Assembly: GCA_047602885.1 (NCBI GenBank)
Contig: JBLKOQ010000001.1
Span: forward strand, 10,016-74,015
From: Candidatus Woesearchaeota archaeon
Lineage (GTDB): Archaea > Nanobdellota > Nanobdellia > Woesearchaeales > WAPJ01
Length of the DNA: 64,000 nucleotides
Reading direction: 5' to 3'
Below, in pieces: positions 48,883 through 58,041 of the stretch. The notes below the pieces were generated by a model that ran no database searches, had not been told where the DNA came from, and worked only from the letters and a program-made list of their open reading frames with translations. Made by a program: the position numbers and the translations under genes. The number at the start of each line of letters is the position of its first letter. The stretch's first letter is position 1.

Positions 48883-50057
48883 AAAAAGCACTGCTATTGC
48901 TGATAATACTATTAACTGCAATCATGATAATAGAAGAATCAGTAGCATTCGGAGTGAGTCCAGGCAGAAAACAGTATGACTACCAGCCACAACTAGACGG
49001 TTACATAAACATCATAAACAGCCATAAGGAATCAGGAGAACTCATAATAGTCGCTAGAGGAGAATTATCAGAATACGTAATATTCAGCGAAAGGACAATA
49101 AAACTGGATCCCAACGTCCACGAAAATAGGGTTCATTATACTGTAAGAGTGCCCCAAGACAAGTTAGAGCCAGGCTCCAACGAAATAGATGTTTATATAA
49201 TGCCGATGACATTCGATACAGACCAGTCCACAGTATCAGCGCAGGCAGGAATAATCTTTAGAATAATAGTAAACCTTCCTTACGACGGGGCTCATGCTAC
49301 AGGAAGAATAGACTATAACAGCAGAACTAACACCATAATAATACCCGTAACAAATGTAGGAACACAAAGAATAGAAGATGCAAGAGCATCAGTAAGCATT
49401 ATAGGGCCTACAGGAGATATCATATCATCAAAATCGTCATCATCCAAAACCATAGGAATAAGAGAAACCATAGAATACAACATACCTTTAGATGGCATTA
49501 GCAACGGGCATTATCTTGCAAGAGCAACCATAGAATATGACAATAAAATACTAGTAATAGAAAGGAATATAGCGGTGGGAACAGCATTAATAGCAGTGCA
49601 ATCGATAGAAATGCCTGAATTCAGGTATGGTCATATAAATAGGATAGACATTAACGTAAAGAGCGAGTGGAACCAAGTAATAGAGGACGCTTATGCCATG
49701 ATAGAAATAATAGGACCTGCAGGAACACTAATAGAAAGGATAAAAACACCAGGAGAAAGAATAGAGCCTTACAGGACAAGCATACTAAGAGGATACTGGG
49801 ACACTGCAGGAATAACTCCAGGAGACCACCAGATAATAGCCACAGCAGTAGGAGAAGGAGGAAATGATACCAAAAGAACCATGGTTACCATAACCCCTAC
49901 AGGAATAGTAATGCAACAGCCTACAGGAAGAGTCGCAGGAGAAGGGGGGATGGGAATACTAGGAGTAGCACTCGCATTCCTGATAATAGCAAACATTATA
50001 CTGTTTGCGATAATACTATCAGGAAGAAACAAAAACAAAAAGAATAAAAAGCAGTAA
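48879..50057 (+). CDS. secreted protein with C-terminal TM anchor and basic tail, translationally coupled to the giant gene
   Basis: ATGA overlap with the giant ORF stop; N-terminal signal; C-terminal GMGILGVALAFLIIANIILFAIILSGRNKNKKNKKQ. Confidence 0.55.
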   Translation: MKKALLLLIILLTAIMIIEESVAFGVSPGRKQYDYQPQLDGYINIINSHKESGELIIVARGELSEYVIFSERTIKLDPNVHENRVHYTVRVPQDKLEPGSNEIDVYIMPMTFDTDQSTVSAQAGIIFRIIVNLPYDGAHATGRIDYNSRTNTIIIPVTNVGTQRIEDARASVSIIGPTGDIISSKSSSSKTIGIRETIEYNIPLDGISNGHYLARATIEYDNKILVIERNIAVGTALIAVQSIEMPEFRYGHINRIDINVKSEWNQVIEDAYAMIEIIGPAGTLIERIKTPGERIEPYRTSILRGYWDTAGITPGDHQIIATAVGEGGNDTKRTMVTITPTGIVMQQPTGRVAGEGGMGILGVALAFLIIANIILFAIILSGRNKNKKNKKQ

Positions 50058-50073
50058 CCAAAAAGGCATTATA

Positions 50074-50346
50074 ATGGTAGCAAATAAGACTACTAAAGCA
50101 AAAAAAACAACCAAAAAGAAGGTAGTGCATCCTAAGCCATATTCCGACCTCACGTTCTACCAGAAGAAGATGAGAGAAGAAATAAGAAAACTGCATGACG
50201 CTACAGAAACATTCGTAAGAATAGCAGTAAACAAGACGGCAAAAGAAAACAAGATACACGAGATAGAAGAACACATACTAGAGATAGGAAGAAATATTGA
50301 CGAACTAGAAGACCTACTGCATGATATTAGCAAGGGGAAAGTATGA
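50074..50346 (+). CDS. small lysine-rich helical protein (paralog A)
   Basis: 90 aa, KKTTKKK N-terminus, shares an (I/L)RKLH(D/K) core with the next ORF. Confidence 0.4.
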   Translation: MVANKTTKAKKTTKKKVVHPKPYSDLTFYQKKMREEIRKLHDATETFVRIAVNKTAKENKIHEIEEHILEIGRNIDELEDLLHDISKGKV

Positions 50347-50606
50347 TGACAACAAGAAAGAAAAGCAGGACAATAAGCAAGACTAAGAGCAGAAAAAGAA
50401 CTGTTGCTAATAAGAAGGATCAGGACATTACTATAGCATTAAGAAAGCTCCATAAGGACATGGAAGACAGTCTAAAAAGGATGGAGTCACTAATAGGAAA
50501 GATAGAGGATGACAAAGCCAAGCCAAAAATAAAGAAAGCCATAACAAGGTTTCATAAGAAACAAAAAGAACAATTAACAAAAGTAGTGAAAACAACAAAA
50601 AAATGA
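50343..50606 (+). CDS. small lysine-rich helical protein (paralog B)
   Basis: 87 aa, 4-nt overlap with paralog A, LRKLHKDMEDSL core, K-rich both ends. Confidence 0.4.
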   Translation: MMTTRKKSRTISKTKSRKRTVANKKDQDITIALRKLHKDMEDSLKRMESLIGKIEDDKAKPKIKKAITRFHKKQKEQLTKVVKTTKK

Positions 50607-50987
50607 TTATTCATTCCGAAGTATACCATCCATAACAGTTCTTAAGTCCTCGCCATTATAGATAAATGCTCCTTCTCTCAAGCCCATATTAGCATCTCTT
50701 GCGAGCTTCTTAGCTGTTATCATATCGCCAGTATTGTAATGGCTAATAGCCTTTAATCCCATAATGCACGAGCGATGGTCCTCCAAAGAGCGTATCTTCT
50801 CTACGAGAGCATTACCAACCCTTGGGGGAAGATCGATATCACTAGCAGCATCCCTTAAAGTCTCTATAGCCCTATAATAATCGTCAGGCGTTCTTCTCAT
50901 CTCGAAACCAATAGATTGGCTGTACCTGTCCCCAAAATCAACATCCTTAACGGCATACGTCCTTAATATGTTCTCATATTCTTTCAT
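50607..50987 (-). CDS. hypothetical protein
   Basis: 126-aa ORF with native composition; no motif recognised. Confidence 0.35.
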   Translation of the reverse strand: MKEYENILRTYAVKDVDFGDRYSQSIGFEMRRTPDDYYRAIETLRDAASDIDLPPRVGNALVEKIRSLEDHRSCIMGLKAISHYNTGDMITAKKLARDANMGLREGAFIYNGEDLRTVMDGILRNE

Positions 50988-51073
50988 AATACCACCTTAT
51001 AATAGCAATGAGATACTAGTATAAATTAGTAACGCTTATAAAACCGTTCTGCCGAATAATAGTAGATGATAAT

Positions 51074-51568
51074 ATGACCAAAATAATAGTAATGCTAGCA
51101 ATAATATTATTGGCTGTAGGGGCATGCCAGTCAGAAGAGCCCCCAACACAGGACACTACAGTGCCAGTAGACACTACTAATGATAATGACCTGCAAGAAG
51201 AACATGATGATAGTGATGAATATTATGACTGGGATGATTATGAAGACTGGGAAGAATACGACAATTACTGGGATGACGATTGGGATGACGAATACGAATA
51301 CTATGACTACGATGAATATGATTATGAGGATTACATCACAATAGAAGAGCTCTCAACACATAATACCCTTGATGATTGCTGGATAGCATACGAAGGAGAA
51401 GTCTATGACATAACACTATACTTATCAAGACATCCTGGAGGGGCAGGGGCAATAATCCCATACTGCGGGACAGCAGGAGAGTTTGAAGAAGCCTTTGACG
51501 GCCAGCATGGTCCAACTCAGTACCAAACACTATTAAGAGAAGCAGTATTTGTAGGAATGCTAGTATGA
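51074..51568 (+). CDS. secreted cytochrome b5-like heme-binding domain protein with an extreme Asp/Glu/Tyr/Trp-rich tract
   Basis: Signal peptide; acidic-aromatic tract DDSDEYYDWDDYEDWEEYDNYWDDDWDDEYEYYDYDEYDYEDY; cyt-b5 motif AYEGEVYDITLYLSRHPGG. Confidence 0.55.
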   Translation: MTKIIVMLAIILLAVGACQSEEPPTQDTTVPVDTTNDNDLQEEHDDSDEYYDWDDYEDWEEYDNYWDDDWDDEYEYYDYDEYDYEDYITIEELSTHNTLDDCWIAYEGEVYDITLYLSRHPGGAGAIIPYCGTAGEFEEAFDGQHGPTQYQTLLREAVFVGMLV

Positions 51569-51999
51569 TAATACTAAGAACATTAGGCGAAAAACTGGAA
51601 TACTATTCCAAAGCAGTATTAAGGATAGGAATATCAATAGTATTCTTATGGTTGGGAGTATTGCAGTTAACTGACAGCCAATTATGGAAAGAATATGTTC
51701 CTGACATAATAATAGGAATAATCGCCAATCCAGAATTACTAGTGGTCATTAACGGAACAGTCCACATAGTACTAGGCACACTATTATTGGCAGGAGGATT
51801 CACTAGAATAACAGCGTGGGCATTATCAGCAAACCTAATAATAATATTATTAGGGATAGGATATGACATTATAGGAATACTAACACTCGGAATGCTCGCA
51901 GGAACAATAAGCATAGCAATGACAAGTAACGATCCTCTAAGAATAGACAATAGGATAAGACTATTCAGAAAAAAGAAAGATCCTATAAGCTTCGACTAG
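51565..51999 (+). CDS. DoxX-like small membrane protein (4 TM)
   Basis: 144 aa, 4 TM topology; 4-nt overlap with the cyt b5-like gene. Confidence 0.4.
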   Translation: MIILRTLGEKLEYYSKAVLRIGISIVFLWLGVLQLTDSQLWKEYVPDIIIGIIANPELLVVINGTVHIVLGTLLLAGGFTRITAWALSANLIIILLGIGYDIIGILTLGMLAGTISIAMTSNDPLRIDNRIRLFRKKKDPISFD

Positions 52000-52784
52000 T
52001 ATGATATATCAAAGAGTATAGGATAATGGTCTGACGCCCAGTTGGTATGCTTGTCTTTAGGAACAATCCCAGATAATACTTTAATATCCTTGGATACAAA
52101 CAAGTGGTCTATCCTAATCCCAGACTTCTTATTAATACTAGCATAATCTGTAGGAATAGTATAAGTCCTATTCATCCTGGGCATGGCATCCCTAAGACCA
52201 TAACGCCTAAGCATAGGAATAAGCTTAGGACTTAACAGCTCTTCAGCCTTCCTCTCAGGCTCATGATTGGCAAGAGAATAAAAAGCATCTATAATAGCAT
52301 TAATATCGTACTTGTCATGGTCTGAAACGGCATTAAAATCTCCCGTAATAATATAAGGATGTTTCTTAGCCTTCATAAGAGGTCTTACACTCTCGGCTCT
52401 CACAGACTCACTGATATTAGGAGAGGCATGATATACGTCAACATACAACTTCTTCCTCCCAGTCCTAACCATCCCAGTAATAGCAGTCCTGTCAACAAGC
52501 TTGATTACACGAGCATCTATAGGATAACGAGACAATAAGCAAGAGCCCCACTCATGGTCCCCCCAAAAGCCAAAAAAACCATGTTCGTAACCAAATATCC
52601 TCTGATAGTCCACATATATTCCAGTATGATTATAACCTCCATAACAAGCCTCGCATAATACCAGTATGTCAGGATTATGTATTCTTACAGCTTTTTTGGC
52701 ATGGTTAAGCCTAGCCCTGTCAAGAATATGCTCATTAGAATGAAACCCGTGCAGTATATTATAAGTCATTATCCTAATCTTCAT
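51996..52784 (-). CDS. endonuclease/exonuclease/phosphatase (EEP) family protein
   Basis: N-terminal IMTYNILHGF, C-terminal SDHYPILFDI motifs. Confidence 0.7.
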   Translation of the reverse strand: MKIRIMTYNILHGFHSNEHILDRARLNHAKKAVRIHNPDILVLCEACYGGYNHTGIYVDYQRIFGYEHGFFGFWGDHEWGSCLLSRYPIDARVIKLVDRTAITGMVRTGRKKLYVDVYHASPNISESVRAESVRPLMKAKKHPYIITGDFNAVSDHDKYDINAIIDAFYSLANHEPERKAEELLSPKLIPMLRRYGLRDAMPRMNRTYTIPTDYASINKKSGIRIDHLFVSKDIKVLSGIVPKDKHTNWASDHYPILFDISY

Positions 52785-52830
52785 AAACAGCCATGATAGA
52801 ATGATATTATTTAATACTATCCCTTAGATT

Positions 52831-52966
52831 GGCTCTCTAGTAAATGTCTGTAAAAGTGTGCTATGCGCCACCCCGTAGGGGCCATCCCCCGGCGGCATCA
52901 GCGTCAAGCAAGAACAGGTGTTCTTGCTCCAGCTGACGGCTGTCGCACACTTTTACTACAATGCCT
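52831..52966. mobile_element. MITE-like element copy 3 (same GC-rich core) 47 bp upstream of the EEP gene start
   Basis: GGCTCTCTAGTAAAT ... TTTTACTACAATGCC termini; imperfect direct repeats CTTAGATT / TTCAGATT at the flanks. Confidence 0.5.
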
Positions 52967-53111
52967 TCAGATTACATAATAGTCATCGTGGTATAATGAG
53001 GATAGAGATCCAATTCTGAGCTTGTCTATAATCCTAGTAGGGTCTTTAGGCCTAAGAATATTGTCATACATCAGCATCTCGATAATACTCGATAATGGTG
53101 TGCTAGGATAG

Positions 53112-53225
53112 ACAGGCTCTATGCCACTATTATGATTGTTAATGGGTCGGGTACATACCTCGGTCTTTAGGTCGATAGCAGTTTAACCATTAACTCCAAC
53201 ATACCGCGCCCTTTAGGGCGGGGTT
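53112..53225. repeat. family-2 short repeat copy B, preceded by a GGCTCTATGCC MITE-terminus-like sequence
   Basis: AGCAGTTTAACCATTAACTCCAACATACCGCGCCCTTTAGGGCGGGGTTG is about 80% identical to 27964-28017. Confidence 0.25.
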
Positions 53226-53463
53226 GTTGATTATGATAATAGAAATAGTATGCGTAGGGCGCATTATCATCATCACAATCCTTGATAAAAAAGAATGTAG
53301 GAAAATCCCCAATATTACTGCATACTTCATGATACTTGTATCCTGCCTCGCTAATCAGCCTGACATTGCCAAGAGCATCATAATACATTCTATTGAGGAT
53401 GCGTTTCTCATCCAATCCAATGCGATTAGAGTAGTCTACGGGTTGCATGATAATGATTGACAA
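53167..53463 (-). CDS. hypothetical protein
   Basis: 98-aa ORF; its 3' end overlaps the family-2 repeat; weak. Confidence 0.3.
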   Translation of the reverse strand: MSIIIMQPVDYSNRIGLDEKRILNRMYYDALGNVRLISEAGYKYHEVCSNIGDFPTFFFIKDCDDDNAPYAYYFYYHNQQPRPKGRGMLELMVKLLST

Positions 53464-53874
53464 TCATATAGGATATGGTCCCCTGTGAAGCCTTTCATAA
53501 GGCAAAGCGCCCCTAACCCTCTCTTCAAGGAAGGACGGCATATCATCTAAAGGCTTATGCTTAAGATCACTTTCCTTAATCATATTATAAATGCTCTCTG
53601 CCTCAGGACTATAAGCTGGTATGGGGTGCAATCCTCCCTGTTTGCCGTCAAAAGCAATGTATACTGCTACAGGATGGCCGTTAGGACTCATAAGAAAATC
53701 GTGATTCACCAAGTAGAATGATGGTTCATCCCCTTTAGGATTAATCTTGTCATAAAGATTATAGCCATTATCCCTTAACAGTGCAATCTGCTCAAGGACA
53801 GATACAACCCTGCTCTCTACAATCTTATCGTCTTTAGGGTTCTTTTTTCCGTTATTCTGTTTCTTTGATGCCAT
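53464..53874 (-). CDS. hypothetical protein
   Basis: 136-aa ORF with native codon usage, adjacent to 53167..53463. Confidence 0.4.
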   Translation of the reverse strand: MASKKQNNGKKNPKDDKIVESRVVSVLEQIALLRDNGYNLYDKINPKGDEPSFYLVNHDFLMSPNGHPVAVYIAFDGKQGGLHPIPAYSPEAESIYNMIKESDLKHKPLDDMPSFLEERVRGALPYERLHRGPYPI

Positions 53875-53987
53875 ACCAATCCCTCATAAATACACATTGT
53901 TATCACTATGGAGTGATATTAGTGTATTTAAACTTATCTAAGTAGATTTCTTTTACACGATGACATTTATAAAGGTAATGTTTAGAA

Positions 53988-54737
53988 TCAGTTATCCTGA
54001 GGATTATTAATCTCATTAGCATAACGCTGATGAGCGGCAATAGCCATCCTTTCATACTTGTCACGCTCGTCACTAGTCTCAGCATTCTGCATCCTATAAT
54101 TATAATAGTCAATCTGCATCCTAAAAACATCCTCTTCAGAATCAATATAAGCTGAATGTGCTTTCTCATGGTCGTATACGAACTCCACTGCTTCATCATC
54201 ATAAAGCCCATGAGCACGGGCAAAATATGGGATTATAGCATCATAATTCTCGTTAGCAATAATAATGCCTTCACGCTCATTCCTCCTAATAGCAGCCACT
54301 ACTTTAGGACCGAGAGTAGCGGATGATACGCCCTTAATCTCCACAGTATCCAATCCTTTACTGTCAAGATATTCTTCAAAAATCCTGCCAGGACCACTCA
54401 TATAATCATTATAAGAGGTTGATACTGCTTCTACTTCATTGTCTCTCTCAACAATATCATCAACACTTACAGTACCACTACTATAATACTCTTTGGTACC
54501 ATCATTATACTTTATTGCTTCAGCATAAGGAATAGTACTGTTAGTAAAATAATGATTTATTGTATCATCATTATTAGGAACAACATAAACAGAATATCTT
54601 CCCAAAACATTATCAATATTCTCTTTGGTACTCATAATATATGATTCCATACTTGAAATCACACTGATAATCCGCTCTAACATGAAACATGTCGATACAA
54701 TGTTATTAAAAAACTTTACGATATTAGGATTAGTCAC
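53988..54737 (-). CDS. hypothetical protein with a C-terminal HExxH (HEKAH) motif, a possible minimal zincin-like hydrolase; true start probably an internal Met
   Basis: 249-aa ORF; FVYDHEKAHSAYIDSEED near the C-terminus; 4-nt overlap with the P-type ATPase gene. Confidence 0.3.
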   Translation of the reverse strand: MTNPNIVKFFNNIVSTCFMLERIISVISSMESYIMSTKENIDNVLGRYSVYVVPNNDDTINHYFTNSTIPYAEAIKYNDGTKEYYSSGTVSVDDIVERDNEVEAVSTSYNDYMSGPGRIFEEYLDSKGLDTVEIKGVSSATLGPKVVAAIRRNEREGIIIANENYDAIIPYFARAHGLYDDEAVEFVYDHEKAHSAYIDSEEDVFRMQIDYYNYRMQNAETSDERDKYERMAIAAHQRYANEINNPQDN

Positions 54738-57361
54738 TCATCAAAGTCTAAATAGCGATACTTGTTATTGAGATACTTTATGATATCAAATATGAGTATC
54801 ATCATCATAGCAAGACCTATAGGAACAAGCCAGTATAATATTGGTACTGGCAGCGTTTCAAAAACGGGGTTAAGAGCAGGAATATATACTATTGATATGA
54901 GCAACAACAATGACAGAGTACTAGTGCCTACAAGGTAAGGGTTTACGAAAGGACTCCTGTTAAGCACTCCCTTCCTAAAACTCCTAAAGATAAATGCTTT
55001 TCCAAGGCCCATTATTACTATGGTCATAAGAGCCATTGTTCTTGCAAACTCTAAAGAGGCTCCACGCTCATTAATAAGATAGTTGAACACTAATAGAGGG
55101 CCTACAGTCATAATAATACCCGCAACTAATATCAGTATAATAAGATCCTTATTTAATATAAAACTCTTCTTTCTCGGCTTTACCTTCATAATATCATCAG
55201 ACGACTTGTTAAAACCAAGAGTAATAGCATTAACCTCATCAGACAATAAGTTCATGAACAGTATCTGGAGTGCAATAAGAGGCAAAGGAAGATTAAGCAT
55301 TACAGAAACAAATATTAATGATAGCTGTGCAATATTGGTTGATATCTGGAAAGAAGTAAACTTACGAATATTATTAAATATTGTCCGTCCTTCCTCTACA
55401 CTGCATACTATAGTAGCAAAATTATCATCCTTAAGAGTAATATCCGCTACTTCTCTAGTAACATCAGTGCCATTCTTTCCCATAGCAATACCAATATGGG
55501 ACTCTTTTAGTGCAGGAGCATCATTAACACCATCACCAGTCATAGCCACTATCTCACCAGTACTCTTAAGATTCTTAACAATCCTAAGCTTATGCTCTGG
55601 TTTGACACGTGCAAAAACGCCTGCCTTAACTAATACTTTAGACAATTCCTCTTCAGTCATGTCATCAATCTCAAAGCCCTCAAGCACATTGCCCTTAATC
55701 CCAATCTCCCTTGCTATTGCCTTAGCAGTCTCCTTATTATCACCTGTAAGCATTATTACTCTGATGCCCGCAGTATCGCACTGCTTAATACTATTCTTAA
55801 CCTCTGGCCTGGGAGGGTCTTCAAGACCCAATATTCCTATTAATACTAGTTTTTCTTCAAAAGAAGCCTTCGTTTTGGACACTGATTTTTTATATGCTAC
55901 TGCAATAGTCCTATAGCCCTGAGTAGTAAGGGATTCATTGGCTTTCATAATAGCCTTCCTCTCAGCCTGAGATAATTTATCAATCCTGCTACCCTTATAA
56001 TGATGAGTACAATGAGGAAGTACAAATTCCAATGCTCCTTTAGTATAAACATAATAATCGGACTTTTCTTTAGTCAATACTGACATCATCTTCCTATGGC
56101 TGTTGAAAGGAATTTCTTCTTTGCGAACAGCATTAATATCCTCCAAATATATGTTGGCTTTAGCTCCCAGTATCATCAATGCTCCTTCAGTAGGAGAGCC
56201 TATAACATGATATTCGTCAATATCTTCACTGCGCTCTATTTTGGAATCATTGCATAATACTGATGCTTTGATAAGAAGATGAAGGTGACTGGTAGGCTTA
56301 ATATCAACATTCTTCCTGTTATGCAAGAATCTTCCTTCAGAAGAAAACCCTGCTCCTTCCACATCATAAAACTTATAGTCGCTCCAAATCTTCTTGACAG
56401 TCATCTCACCCCTGGTAAGAGTGCCTGTCTTATCAGTGCATATAACTGTAGCTTCTCCTAAAGCCTCTATTACAGACATCCTATTAACTATGGCATTCTT
56501 TACAGCCATCCTACGAGCGCCAGCAGCAAGAGTCGTAATAAGCACCACAGGAAGGCCTTCAGGAATGCTCGCTACGCTAATAGCAATAACCACTATTAAT
56601 ATTTCTATAAGTTCGGGTGCAATCCACTCTACCCTGGTAAGCATAGTTATACCTGTAAGAAATGATACTGATAGCGCTATAATAGCAAGATATTTAGTTA
56701 ATAAGTTGACCTTCTTTTGCAACGGAAGCTCTTTCTCGGCAGTTCCTATAAGATCAGCTATTTTTCCGAACTCTGTATCCATACCAGTCTTTAGAACTCT
56801 GGCTGTAGCCCTACCATTAACAATATAAGTGCCCATAAAAATATGGTTTTCTGGCTTTTCCTTCTTCTTATAAGCAGTCTTCCTAATCTCCTTAGACTCC
56901 CCTGTAAGAACAGCCTCATTAAGCCTCAATTCCTTCTCATCCAATACTACGCAGTCGGCAGGAACCCTCTCGCCGGTCCTCAACATTACAATATCACCAG
57001 GAACTAATAGTCTGGATTCTACCTCTTTTTGCTTACCATCCCTAAGCACTACAGTCTTGGGCATAATCATGCTCTTTAACGCTTTAATAGACTGCTCAGC
57101 CCTATACTCCTGAAAGAATCCCACACCAATAACTATTAGTATCACAACGACCAAAGCCCATCCTGTAAGCTGCTTTTCAGGAACAAGAAAAGATATTATC
57201 ATAGCAAAAGTAAGAAGGTAGACCATGCTGTTCTTCTTAACCTGCCTAAATAGTATTTTTAGGGGGCTTACCTTCAATACTTCCTGCAACTCATTAGGAC
57301 CATGCTCTTCTAAGAGCTTATCAGCCTCTCTACTAGTAAGACCCCGTAACACCATTAACAA
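54734..57361 (-). CDS. P-type cation-transporting ATPase, P2 (SERCA/PMCA-like, Ca2+/Mg2+-type)
   Basis: DKTGTLT phosphorylation site, PEGLP, TGDNKETAKAIA, GDGVNDAPAL, 10 TM; 875 aa. Confidence 0.9.
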   Translation of the reverse strand: MLMVLRGLTSREADKLLEEHGPNELQEVLKVSPLKILFRQVKKNSMVYLLTFAMIISFLVPEKQLTGWALVVVILIVIGVGFFQEYRAEQSIKALKSMIMPKTVVLRDGKQKEVESRLLVPGDIVMLRTGERVPADCVVLDEKELRLNEAVLTGESKEIRKTAYKKKEKPENHIFMGTYIVNGRATARVLKTGMDTEFGKIADLIGTAEKELPLQKKVNLLTKYLAIIALSVSFLTGITMLTRVEWIAPELIEILIVVIAISVASIPEGLPVVLITTLAAGARRMAVKNAIVNRMSVIEALGEATVICTDKTGTLTRGEMTVKKIWSDYKFYDVEGAGFSSEGRFLHNRKNVDIKPTSHLHLLIKASVLCNDSKIERSEDIDEYHVIGSPTEGALMILGAKANIYLEDINAVRKEEIPFNSHRKMMSVLTKEKSDYYVYTKGALEFVLPHCTHHYKGSRIDKLSQAERKAIMKANESLTTQGYRTIAVAYKKSVSKTKASFEEKLVLIGILGLEDPPRPEVKNSIKQCDTAGIRVIMLTGDNKETAKAIAREIGIKGNVLEGFEIDDMTEEELSKVLVKAGVFARVKPEHKLRIVKNLKSTGEIVAMTGDGVNDAPALKESHIGIAMGKNGTDVTREVADITLKDDNFATIVCSVEEGRTIFNNIRKFTSFQISTNIAQLSLIFVSVMLNLPLPLIALQILFMNLLSDEVNAITLGFNKSSDDIMKVKPRKKSFILNKDLIILILVAGIIMTVGPLLVFNYLINERGASLEFARTMALMTIVIMGLGKAFIFRSFRKGVLNRSPFVNPYLVGTSTLSLLLLISIVYIPALNPVFETLPVPILYWLVPIGLAMMMILIFDIIKYLNNKYRYLDFDE

Positions 57362-57400
57362 ATCTTAAGGCAATGCATTTTTAAATATTACGCTAAACTA

Positions 57401-57757
57401 ATGAGTATTATGAGAGAAGAACAAGAACTAGCAGAGCTTATAGAAGAACTGATGGAATATTCTGCTGATTATCCTATAATAGTAGAAGGGCCCAAAGACG
57501 TTAAAGCATTGGATAGAGCAGGAATAAAAAGCATTCCATACGAAGGATCGATAATAGAATACTCTGAAAAGATAAAAGAAAAGCATCCTAACACTAATAG
57601 AGTGCTGATACTAACAGATTATGATAAGGCAGGAGAAGAACTCAGAATAATGCTAAAGAACGCATTATCAAGACTAGGAATAGAAGAGGATATCAAACTG
57701 AGACTAAAATTCAAGAGAATCACAAGGCTCAGCCACATAGAAGGGTTTAGGATATGA
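57401..57757 (+). CDS. small Toprim-domain protein
   Basis: E...DxD pattern: PIIVEGPKD ... VLILTDYDKAGEEL, typical of standalone archaeal Toprim proteins. Confidence 0.5.
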   Translation: MSIMREEQELAELIEELMEYSADYPIIVEGPKDVKALDRAGIKSIPYEGSIIEYSEKIKEKHPNTNRVLILTDYDKAGEELRIMLKNALSRLGIEEDIKLRLKFKRITRLSHIEGFRI

Positions 57758-57759
57758 GA

Positions 57760-58041
57760 CTAGTCCATACTATCGATATTAGATTGTGTCTTGGATATAT
57801 TATTCATCTCTTCATTTGACAACTCATGTTTTCTAACCCAATAGACTCCCTTATAAGAGTCTTTGTATAAATAATTAAAGTTTACAAGCTCTCTTCTGAT
57901 AAGAACATAATCATCCACATCAAAACTTATGATTATATCATTAACCTCTGACTCTTGGTATATCCTTCCTACATTAAACTTTCTGGATATCATAGAGAGT
58001 ATTTTCTGCTTATCCAGGTCATCACGAGGCAATTTTATCAT
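57760..58041 (-). CDS. hypothetical protein
   Basis: 93-aa ORF overlapping the kinase gene start by 4 nt. Confidence 0.3.
   Translation of the reverse strand: MIKLPRDDLDKQKILSMISRKFNVGRIYQESEVNDIIISFDVDDYVLIRRELVNFNYLYKDSYKGVYWVRKHELSNEEMNNISKTQSNIDSMD

Noticed and set aside
35143-50606. Diversity-generating retroelement targeting the giant surface protein
   Set aside because: No reverse-transcriptase gene and no template/variable repeat pair with adenine-specific mismatches could be found near the gene. The internal repeats differ at all four bases.
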